From Candidatus Kuenenia stuttgartensis (GTDB lineage Bacteria; Planctomycetota; Brocadiia; Brocadiales; Brocadiaceae), in the NCBI RefSeq assembly GCF_900232105.1, contig NZ_LT934425.1:2040001-2072000 (forward strand): a stretch of 32,000 nt of DNA. Direction: 5' to 3'. Under the pieces are notes generated by a model. It was not told the DNA's origin, searched no databases, and worked only from the letters and a program-made list of their open reading frames with translations. The position numbers and the translations under genes were made by a program. Positions 23,521-30,637 of the stretch are shown one piece after another. Numbering within the stretch: the stretch's first letter is position 1; each line of letters starts with the position of its first letter.

Positions 23521-25557
23521 ATGGATTTTTTCTTTGTAAACTCCAAAATATCTGAACGGAAAGTGAAGATATGGAATTCAAATGGCCTGCACGCGCGGCC
23601 TGCAACCAAATTTTCCGAAATTGCCAATAAATATACTTCTGAGATACGCGTGGAAGCAAAGGGTAAAAATATTGATGGCAAAAGCATCATTGAGCTTTTA
23701 ACGCTTGGTGCGGAAAATGGCACGGAGTTATTAATAAGTGCGAAAGGGGTGGATTGTGCAGAAGCGCTGGACGCTCTGGAAGAACTGGTGAATAGCAAGT
23801 TTGAAGAAGAATTTATGGAAATCCGAAAAGGCATAGCCGTTTCACCGGGGGTTGTGATCCGGCAGGCTTTTTTGTTTGAGAGCGAAGGCTTCCGGATACC
23901 ACGCCACGTCATAAAAAATGAGGCAGTTGAAGATGAGGTTTGCAGACTCGAAAAAGCGATCGATGCCTCTAAAAAAGAAATAGAGGATTTGGAAAAGAAG
24001 GTTTCTGAGAATTTAGGTTCTGAAATAGGGTCCATTTTCGGCACTCACAGAATGGTTTTGCAGGATGCACGGTTGAAAGATGAAATTATAAAACGGATTC
24101 GGAAAACCAACTTTACGCCTGAATTTGCAGTTTCTCTCGCCTTGCGTGTATATATCAGGAAATTTCAGGATATTAAAGATTCATACCTGGCGGAAAGGGT
24201 AACAGATATCTTTGATGTTGAACGCCGTCTTTTAAGAAATTTGTTGGGTGAAAAGAGGGAAGAACTTAAAAATCTTGAGGAAGAAGTAGTTTTAGTGGCG
24301 CACGACCTTACCCCTTCCCAAACGGCCATGCTTGATCCTCAAAAAGTGAAGGGTTTTGCCACCGATGGCGGAGGACGTACTTCTCATACGGCAATCGTTG
24401 CGCGTGCATTGGGGATTCCTGCAGTGGTAGGGCTTGGCACTGTTACCTCGGATGTTTTTGGAGGTGATATCGTAATTGTAGACGGAAACCGGGGATTGGT
24501 AATTGTCAGGCCAGACGATGAGACGTTAGCAACGTACCAAAGTAAGGTAAAGAGTATCGATGTTTTTGAGAAAAAACTGGCGATAGAACTAAAAGACCAA
24601 CCTTCCACCACGGCGGATGGAAGACATATTTCCATTTTCGGCAATATTGAATTTCCACGGGAAATAGGTGTAAATTTAAACTACGGTGCGGAAGGGATAG
24701 GCCTTTACAGAACGGAGTTTCTCTATTTGAATTCTCCAACGCCTCCGACAGAAGAGCAGCATTTGGAGGCATACACTACCGTTGTTCAGGAACTAAAGGG
24801 AAGACCTGTTATCATCAGAACGCTTGATTTAGGTGCAGATAAGCTGCCATACCTGGAACATAGAAAAGAGGGAAATCCTTTCCTTGGGTGTCGTTCTATA
24901 CGTTATTGTTTTGAAAACCCTTCCATATTTAAAATACAGCTTAGAGCCTTGCTGAGAGCCTCTGCTCTGGGAGAGGTGAAAATATTGTTTCCCTTAATTT
25001 CATCCATCCAGGAACTGAGACGGGCAAAACAGATGGTGTATGAGACGATGGAAGATCTGGACAAAGAGAATATTTCCTTTGATAAAAACGTCAAAATGGG
25101 AACGATGCTGGAAGTCCCCTCTTCTGTTATGATTTCAGACATGTTGGCAAAAGAATGCGATTTTTTTAGCATAGGCACAAACGATCTTATCCAATATTCT
25201 TTGGCGGTTGATAGAAACAACGAACGGGTGGCATATTTATATTGTCCTGTACATCCGGCGATTTTAAGGTTTTTGAAATTTGCGATAAAATCTGCACATG
25301 AAAATGATATTCCTGTTGGAATTTGCGGCGAAATGGGAGGGGAACTGGAATATACGATCCCCCTTGTAGGGCTTGGTCTGAAAGAGTTTAGCGTCGCTCC
25401 CGCAACAATCATACCCGAGATGAAAAAGATTATCCGGTCTGTTTCTTTTGAAGAAGCCAGGGAAGTGGCGGAAACTGTATTTAAGTTTGACAATCCGGAA
25501 AAAACCAAAAAATATCTTAATGATTTTGTAAGAAAAATTTTACCGGAAGTATATTAA
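23521..25557 (+). CDS. ptsI: Fusion of HPr/NPr phosphocarrier domain (N-terminal ~95 aa) with PEP-protein phosphotransferase Enzyme I
   Basis: HPr motifs NGLHARPATKF (active-site His) and DGKSIIELLTLGA. There is no stop before the EI N-terminus IRKGIAVSPGVVIRQAF. EI active site is GGRTSHTAIVARALGIP. PEP-utiliser C-terminus has IGTNDLIQYSLAVDR and CGEMGG. Confidence 0.9.
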   Translation: MDFFFVNSKISERKVKIWNSNGLHARPATKFSEIANKYTSEIRVEAKGKNIDGKSIIELLTLGAENGTELLISAKGVDCAEALDALEELVNSKFEEEFMEIRKGIAVSPGVVIRQAFLFESEGFRIPRHVIKNEAVEDEVCRLEKAIDASKKEIEDLEKKVSENLGSEIGSIFGTHRMVLQDARLKDEIIKRIRKTNFTPEFAVSLALRVYIRKFQDIKDSYLAERVTDIFDVERRLLRNLLGEKREELKNLEEEVVLVAHDLTPSQTAMLDPQKVKGFATDGGGRTSHTAIVARALGIPAVVGLGTVTSDVFGGDIVIVDGNRGLVIVRPDDETLATYQSKVKSIDVFEKKLAIELKDQPSTTADGRHISIFGNIEFPREIGVNLNYGAEGIGLYRTEFLYLNSPTPPTEEQHLEAYTTVVQELKGRPVIIRTLDLGADKLPYLEHRKEGNPFLGCRSIRYCFENPSIFKIQLRALLRASALGEVKILFPLISSIQELRRAKQMVYETMEDLDKENISFDKNVKMGTMLEVPSSVMISDMLAKECDFFSIGTNDLIQYSLAVDRNNERVAYLYCPVHPAILRFLKFAIKSAHENDIPVGICGEMGGELEYTIPLVGLGLKEFSVAPATIIPEMKKIIRSVSFEEAREVAETVFKFDNPEKTKKYLNDFVRKILPEVY

Positions 25558-25561
25558 TACT

Positions 25562-26090
25562 TTATCAGTAATCTCCTTGCACACTTCCATTCGTCAGTGC
25601 GTGTTTTTTGGCAAAATATTTAATAGTGAAACCCGAAAGCTAAATACGAAATTCTAAACAAATTCTAAATTTTAGTAACTATTCAGCGTAAACGATACAC
25701 GGCTCGTTCCCAAACTCCAGTTTGGGAATGCATTTGTTCGAGAAACTCCGGTTTCTCGCCTGTTTGCTGATAGATAGGGAATAAAATCACAGGGTTAAGA
25801 CAGTTTGTAATTCGTCAAGTCTGACACGCACTGGAAACAAAGTTTCCAGTGCAATTGTGTTCCCAAACTGTGGTTTGGTAACGAGTTGCGCTCTGATCTC
25901 CGGTAGTTTAATAAATTACGCTGAATAGTTACAAATTTTAACTATTTAAAAACCCGGTTTTTCAAAAAACTAAAGTGTTACGGTTTTGTTCATTGGGATT
26001 TTGTATTTTTGAATTTGTTTCGTGCTTCGTGCTTCGCGCTTCGTGTTTCGTATTTTTTATTTAGTACTTGTTTGGTCCTGGCTATGCCAG
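25562..26090. repeat. Right copy (R) of the mosaic repeat, interrupted by a MITE
   Basis: See 23116-23370. Contains 4 units of the 7-nt tandem (26021-26050) and ends in CTGGCTATGCCAG. Confidence 0.85.
25675..25932. mobile_element. 258-bp MITE with 17-bp perfect terminal inverted repeats GTAACTATTCAGCGTAA and an 8-bp target-site duplication AAATTTTA
   Basis: TIRs read directly. AAATTTTA occurs at 25667-25674 and 25933-25940. The uninterrupted paralogous site in repeat L (23259-23266, reverse complement AAATTTCA) is the empty site. No ORF inside. Confidence 0.9.
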
Positions 26091-26786
26091 TTTAAGAATG
26101 TATATCTTTACGGTAAAGTTGTTTTTTTCACCTCACTGTTTTATGAAGGATGGCTGGCCATAGGAGAAAAAATACGCATTCGTTTTTCCAAATCGGGGGA
26201 TATTCGGTTTATTTCCCATAATGATTTGATGAGAACCATTGAACGGATAATACGAAGAGCAAATATCCCCATCGCAATGTCCAAAGGTTTTAATCCTCAC
26301 CCAAAAATATCCATGCCGTTAGCGCTTGGTGTTGGCATGAGCGGAGAAGATGAAATTTTGGAATTGGAGTTGCTCCATCATGAACCGCTTGAGTTACTGG
26401 CGGAACGGTTCCGGAGGCAATTGCCGGAAGGGATTCGCATTGTTTCGGCCCGGCAGATACCGCTATCGGAAAGAGGCGCTGTTGATAATGTGACATATAA
26501 GATTATTTTTAAAAATAAAGATATTCTGCAAACCTTAAAAATTGAAGATTTCTGGAATGAACATTCTATCGTAATAAAACGCATGAAAAAAGAGGTGCAA
26601 AAATCCGTAGAAATCAGATCTTCTGTTCAAAAAATCTGGCGGGAGAACGAAGCCCTGTTTTTAACTTTCCGATTGACGCCGGATGGTATGCCGAGGCCTG
26701 AAGAAGTCGTAAGTGCCCTTGGGGTCGATATAAATAACGAGCTTTTTGAAATTATCAGGACGGAAGTGGATATCTCTTCTGTATAA
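26022..26786 (+). CDS. TIGR03936/DUF2344-like radical-SAM-associated protein (commonly linked to RNase E/G genes); start codon uncertain
   Basis: The conserved core starts at KIRIRFSKSGDIRFISHNDLMRTIERIIRRANIPIAMSKGFNPHPK (about nt 26169). The only upstream in-frame GTG codons (26022, 26043) lie inside repeat R. Confidence 0.7.
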   Translation: MLRASRFVFRIFYLVLVWSWLCQFKNVYLYGKVVFFTSLFYEGWLAIGEKIRIRFSKSGDIRFISHNDLMRTIERIIRRANIPIAMSKGFNPHPKISMPLALGVGMSGEDEILELELLHHEPLELLAERFRRQLPEGIRIVSARQIPLSERGAVDNVTYKIIFKNKDILQTLKIEDFWNEHSIVIKRMKKEVQKSVEIRSSVQKIWRENEALFLTFRLTPDGMPRPEEVVSALGVDINNELFEIIRTEVDISSV

Positions 26787-26789
26787 AGA

Positions 26790-28319
26790 ATGGAAAAAAC
26801 AACGAAAACGAAAACAAGGATGCTTATAAATGCGATTGAACCTGAAGAGTGTCGTATCGCTATATTAGAAAACAACATTCTTGAGGAATTGTATATTGAA
26901 AGAAGCTCACGTGAGCAGATTGCAGGGAATATTTACAAAGGAAGAGTGGTTAATATAGAACCAAACCTGGAAGCGGCATTTGTTGATATAGGGCTCAAAA
27001 AAAACGGATTTCTCCATGCTTCGGATGTGTTGGTTCCGTCAGAAGGAAAGAATCAGGGAGAAGAAGCGGATCCCCCCCCTGTAAGACACCATCGGATACG
27101 CGATGTTTTGCAACAAGGTAAGGAGATACTTGTTCAGGTAACAAAGGAAAGCCTTGGGACAAAGGGACCCAGTTTGACCACCTATATAAGTTTGCCGGGC
27201 AGATATCTGGTTTTAATGCCGGAAGTAAAGCGTTACGGCGTTTCCAAGAAAATAACCGAGGAAGAAGAGAGACAAAGGTTAAAGAAAATCCTTGAAAGCT
27301 TAAATCCCCCGAAGAATATTGGTTTTATAGTTCGAACCGCCGGTGTACAACAAACAAAGAGAGAACTACAGAAAGATTTTCATTATCTGTTGAAACTATG
27401 GAAGAATATCTGTAAAAAGTCGAAAGAGATTGACGCGCCAGGCGTAATTTATCAGGAAAGCGACCTGGTGATTCGCGTAATTCGTGATATATTTAGCCAG
27501 GATATAAATGAAATCATTGTAGATTCAGAATCTGTTTTTAAGAGAACACGAGAGTTCCTGCGGATAATAATGCCTAAATATGAAAAACAGCTTAAATTCT
27601 ACAACAAAGAGAAGCCATTATTTCATAATTTTGGAATTGAAAATGCCATTGAAGAAATAAACTCGCGAAAAATTCCGTTGCTGCATGGCGGATCAATCGT
27701 TCTTGAACAGACAGAAGCATTAGTTGCGATTGATGTGAATAGCGGTAAATATAAAGGGAAATGCGATCCCGAAGAGACGGCGTTCAGGACGAATATGATT
27801 GCGGCAAAAGAAATTGCACGCCAAATAAGACTGCGGGATTTAGGGGGAGTAATTGTTATTGATTTTATCGATATGCGGAATGAAAAACATATCCAGGCGG
27901 TTGAGAAGGCAATTGCGGATTCGTTGAAGAGGCATCGCGCAAGAACAAAGATGCTGAAAATGTCAAAATTTGGTACAATTGAAATCACCAGACAGAGAAT
28001 CCGGCCAAGTCTGAGAGACGTTTTGTTTGAAGAATGCAAATTTTGCTGCGGAACAGGCTACGCAAAAACAGTAGAATCTCTGTGTTTAAATATCATGAGA
28101 GATGTAAAATTTGCTTTACATTTACCTCAAGTCGTAAGGATTGAAATAACTTCAAATAATGACGTAGTCGATTATTTACAGAATCAGAAAAGAAAACAAA
28201 TGGCGGAGATTGAAGATGCGTATAACAAAAAAATAGTTATTTTTACCGATACAGCAAATGAATATGGCAAAATAGATATTCGTTATTTTGATAATAAGGG
28301 TGAACCCGTTACCGTATAA
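26790..28319 (+). CDS. rng: Rne/Rng-family ribonuclease (RNase G-like, 509 aa)
   Basis: S1 domain GNIYKGRVVNIEPNLEAAFVDIG..KNGFLH. Catalytic motifs LVAIDVNSGKY and GGVIVIDFIDM. Zn-link-like CKFCCGTG. Confidence 0.9.
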   Translation: MEKTTKTKTRMLINAIEPEECRIAILENNILEELYIERSSREQIAGNIYKGRVVNIEPNLEAAFVDIGLKKNGFLHASDVLVPSEGKNQGEEADPPPVRHHRIRDVLQQGKEILVQVTKESLGTKGPSLTTYISLPGRYLVLMPEVKRYGVSKKITEEEERQRLKKILESLNPPKNIGFIVRTAGVQQTKRELQKDFHYLLKLWKNICKKSKEIDAPGVIYQESDLVIRVIRDIFSQDINEIIVDSESVFKRTREFLRIIMPKYEKQLKFYNKEKPLFHNFGIENAIEEINSRKIPLLHGGSIVLEQTEALVAIDVNSGKYKGKCDPEETAFRTNMIAAKEIARQIRLRDLGGVIVIDFIDMRNEKHIQAVEKAIADSLKRHRARTKMLKMSKFGTIEITRQRIRPSLRDVLFEECKFCCGTGYAKTVESLCLNIMRDVKFALHLPQVVRIEITSNNDVVDYLQNQKRKQMAEIEDAYNKKIVIFTDTANEYGKIDIRYFDNKGEPVTV

Positions 28320-28359
28320 TTTTTAATTCAGTTTTAAGACAAGGAGGAGAAATAAAGAG

Positions 28360-28674
28360 ATGTATGCTATTATAAACGACAGGGGCAAACAATATAAGGT
28401 GAGAACCGGAGAACAGTTTTGTATTGATTTAAAGGCGGATGCCAAAGTTGGAGATGATCTGGAGTTTGACAATGTGCTGGTTTGTTCAGATGAATCCGGA
28501 AATGCAACATTTGGAAGCGCTGCAAATGCAAAGGTCGTTGCGGAGGTAAAAGGTGTAATAAAAGATAAAAAATGCGTGACGATAAAGTTTCGAAGGAGAA
28601 AAGCGTCTATGAGAAAACGCGGACATCGTGAGAGATACACAAAGATCAAGGTAAAAGAGATAATTGCCGGGTAG
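28360..28674 (+). CDS. rplU: 50S ribosomal protein L21
   Basis: MYAIINDRGKQYKV N-terminus. AAGGAGG Shine-Dalgarno upstream. Confidence 0.95.
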   Translation: MYAIINDRGKQYKVRTGEQFCIDLKADAKVGDDLEFDNVLVCSDESGNATFGSAANAKVVAEVKGVIKDKKCVTIKFRRRKASMRKRGHRERYTKIKVKEIIAG

Positions 28675-28807
28675 CAATCCGGGAAATAGTGCAGATACTA
28701 TTTTAATACACGGGAAGTACATTTTGTATAAACGTAGTTTTTCAGGGTGGCGCGGACAACATGTTTGTCCGTGTCTGCCCGTATGGTTAATTTAAGAGGA
28801 GAAAAAA

Positions 28808-29056
28808 ATGGCACATAAAAAAGGACAAGGTTCTTCAAGGAATGGAAGAGACAGCAACCCCCAAATGAGAGGCATTAAAAAATTTGGCGGCCAATCCGTG
28901 ATAACCGGCTCAATCATAGTTCGTCAATGCGGCACTAAATTCAGGCCAGGCAAAAATGTGGGACTTGGGAGAGATTATACGATTTTTTCCATGATAGAAG
29001 GCGTGGTGAAATTTGACACGAAACGCCGTATAAGTGTATATCCTGCCACTAATTAA
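28808..29056 (+). CDS. rpmA: 50S ribosomal protein L27
   Basis: [36 protein letters not shown] Shine-Dalgarno upstream. Confidence 0.95.
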   Translation: MAHKKGQGSSRNGRDSNPQMRGIKKFGGQSVITGSIIVRQCGTKFRPGKNVGLGRDYTIFSMIEGVVKFDTKRRISVYPATN

Positions 29057-29223
29057 ATAGGCTGTTTATTTTCACCATAAAATCAATTTCTCCATTTCTT
29101 TTAGATTTGGAGTGGTAATATAGTATTACTCTGTAAAAACGTACTTTCTTGATAATAGTTTGCCCACCCCTAAGCTGGCAAGCATGAAATCCGAAACAAA
29201 TTCTAATGACGAACTGATTTTCG

Positions 29224-29259
29224 CACTCGTTCCCAAATGCTACAGCTTGGGAACGAGTG
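29224..29259. repeat. Perfect 13-bp-stem hairpin CACTCGTTCCCAA-(10 nt)-TTGGGAACGAGTG, a solo copy of the hairpin module found inside the MITE
   Basis: Arms 29224-29236 and 29247-29259 are exact reverse complements. The same CTCGTTCCCAAA / TTTGGGAACGAG motif occurs in the MITE copies at 25675 and 29393. Confidence 0.8.
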
Positions 29260-29392
29260 TTTAAACAAGCACGAAATCCGAAAGAAGTATTCGTTTAGCA
29301 TTCCAAATAAATTCCCTGAAAAACAGTGACCATATCATATCCACTTCCGCGATTATCATAATTAATCACTTGGGCACTTTTTGACAAAAAAG

Positions 29393-29519
29393 GTAACTAT
29401 CCGGCGCGATTTATTAAATTACCGGAGATCAGAGCGCAACTCGTTCCCAAACAGATACTTCACTAAGTTCAGTACAAGGTTTGGGAACGAGCCGTGTATC
29501 GTTTACGCTGAATAGTTAC
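29393..29519. mobile_element. 127-bp internally deleted copy of the same MITE (opposite orientation) with a perfect 8-bp target-site duplication CAAAAAAG
   Basis: Both ends are homologous to the two ends of 25675-25932. The right TIR is perfect and the left TIR matches at 13 of 17 positions. CAAAAAAG occurs at 29385-29392 and 29520-29527. Confidence 0.85.
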
Positions 29520-29744
29520 CAAAAAAGGCACTTCAGCCGTTCTGGATTTTAGTTCGCAGGATTAAAGTAAAGTGTCCCTGGAATTACCTTCCCATACTGG
29601 TCACGGACTTTACGGTATCCACCATTTCATTTCTTTTTTATTGTTAACGGGCATTTTTTTTCTCAAAAAATTCATCTTTTAAAAAAATCCATTAAAATGG
29701 TATACTTCTAACAATTAAAATTAAGATGCAAAATATAATTGTAA

Positions 29745-29886
29745 GCAACGCCTCAGTTTTTTGAAAAAAACCATTAATAGCGATGTTTGCCGCAATAATG
29801 TAGAGGCGAAGCATTTGTTATAAATAAGTTCATACCCAAACGGGCAAATGCTTCGCCCCTACTTTTTCAAAAAACCAAATTGTTGC
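29745..29886. repeat. Nested composite repeat of the same architecture as 10972-11121
   Basis: Outer ends are GCAACGCCTCAGTTTTTTGAAAAA / TTTTTCAAAAAACCAAATTGTTGC. The inner palindrome is GTAGAGGCGAAGCATTTG (29800-29817) / GGCAAATGCTTCGCCCCTAC (29843-29862). The interior TAATAGCGATGTTTGCC is shared with 11003-11017. Confidence 0.8.
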
Positions 29887-29934
29887 AATTGTATTTGATC
29901 TCCTGACAAATTAACTCTGTATTTTGGGGGAAAA

Positions 29935-30426
29935 ATGGTAAATGAGAAAAGCGATGTATTGAAAAAAATACTCGAAACTGCTATTGTGCAGGAAAACAAA
30001 TCTAAAAAATTTTATTTGAAAATGCGGGATCAAATACAAAATGAAGATGCCAGAAAGCGTTTAAAGCTGATGGCTGACTCAGAACAAGAACATGAAGAAA
30101 TAGTTACTTCCTGGTATGAAGAGGCATATGGAAAAACATTTGATCCTGAAAGTACCACTTCGCATGAAAACAGACTTGATGTACAAAAACTTGACGACAA
30201 TGCAGCGCTCATTGATGTTGTACGGCTTATTGCGAAGGCGGAAAATAAGGCATACCAATTTTACAAAAATGCCGCTTTTACCGCCAAAACACCGGAAGAA
30301 AAAAAATTATTTGAAACCCTTGCCAGCGCTGAACAAATGCATGCAGATCAATCTTTGACCGAGCTGGATATGCTTGCCGGCGAGGAATTCTTTTTTTCAG
30401 ACGAGGAGATCCCCTGGGAAATATAA
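29935..30426 (+). CDS. Ferritin-like / rubrerythrin-family four-helix-bundle di-iron protein
   Basis: Two E-x-x-H metal-ligand motifs (ADSEQEHEEI and ASAEQMHADQ), each preceded by E-containing helices (ENKSKKFY, ENKAYQFY). Confidence 0.65.
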   Translation: MVNEKSDVLKKILETAIVQENKSKKFYLKMRDQIQNEDARKRLKLMADSEQEHEEIVTSWYEEAYGKTFDPESTTSHENRLDVQKLDDNAALIDVVRLIAKAENKAYQFYKNAAFTAKTPEEKKLFETLASAEQMHADQSLTELDMLAGEEFFFSDEEIPWEI

Positions 30427-30434
30427 AACAATCG

Positions 30435-30556
30435 TGACACTTTAGATTTTTGAAAAACGCAAGAACGCAAGAACGAGAGGCAAGGATGTCCGCCGTCCCT
30501 ATATCGGGCGGCAAACATCGTTAGTATTGGAATTTTTCAAAAGACTAAAGTGTTAC
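30435..30556. repeat. 122-bp member of the GTAACACTTTAG-TTTTTGAAAA TIR family with a different core (central hairpin CCGCC..GGCGG)
   Basis: Ends are GTGACACTTTAGATTTTTGAAAA / TTTTCAAAAGACTAAAGTGTTAC. The interior GGCAAACATCGTTAGTATTGGAATTTTTC is the reverse complement of the segment seen at 10989-11017. Confidence 0.75.
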
Positions 30557-30637
30557 GTATTTTCGGTTTTTTCCGGCAAAGAGCAAAATGATTCTTTGCC
30601 ATCAACTATTACCACTAAAGTTAAAAGGTTTGCAACT

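Noticed and set aside
22515-25508. Long minus-strand ORFs 22515..23030, 23493..24044, 24384..24772 and 24903..25508
   Set aside because: They are antisense to ptsN and the HPr-EI gene, both of which have unambiguous active-site motifs. Their translations are Ser/Phe/Ile-rich with no motifs.
27623-28722. Minus-strand ORFs 27623..28039, 28323..28649 and 28486..28722
   Set aside because: They are antisense to the RNase E/G and L21 genes, with no independent support.
28751-28773. Hairpin (CGCGGACAA-catgt-TTGTCCGTG) between rplU and rpmA as a regulatory leader or terminator
   Set aside because: The stem is short, includes a wobble pair and has no following T-run. I cannot match it to a known ribosomal-protein leader by eye, so it is noted only.
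6041-30556. CRISPR array
   Set aside because: The recurring sequences are inverted (palindromic) repeats with irregular spacing of kilobases. There are no direct repeats with uniform 30-40-nt spacers, and no cas genes are present.
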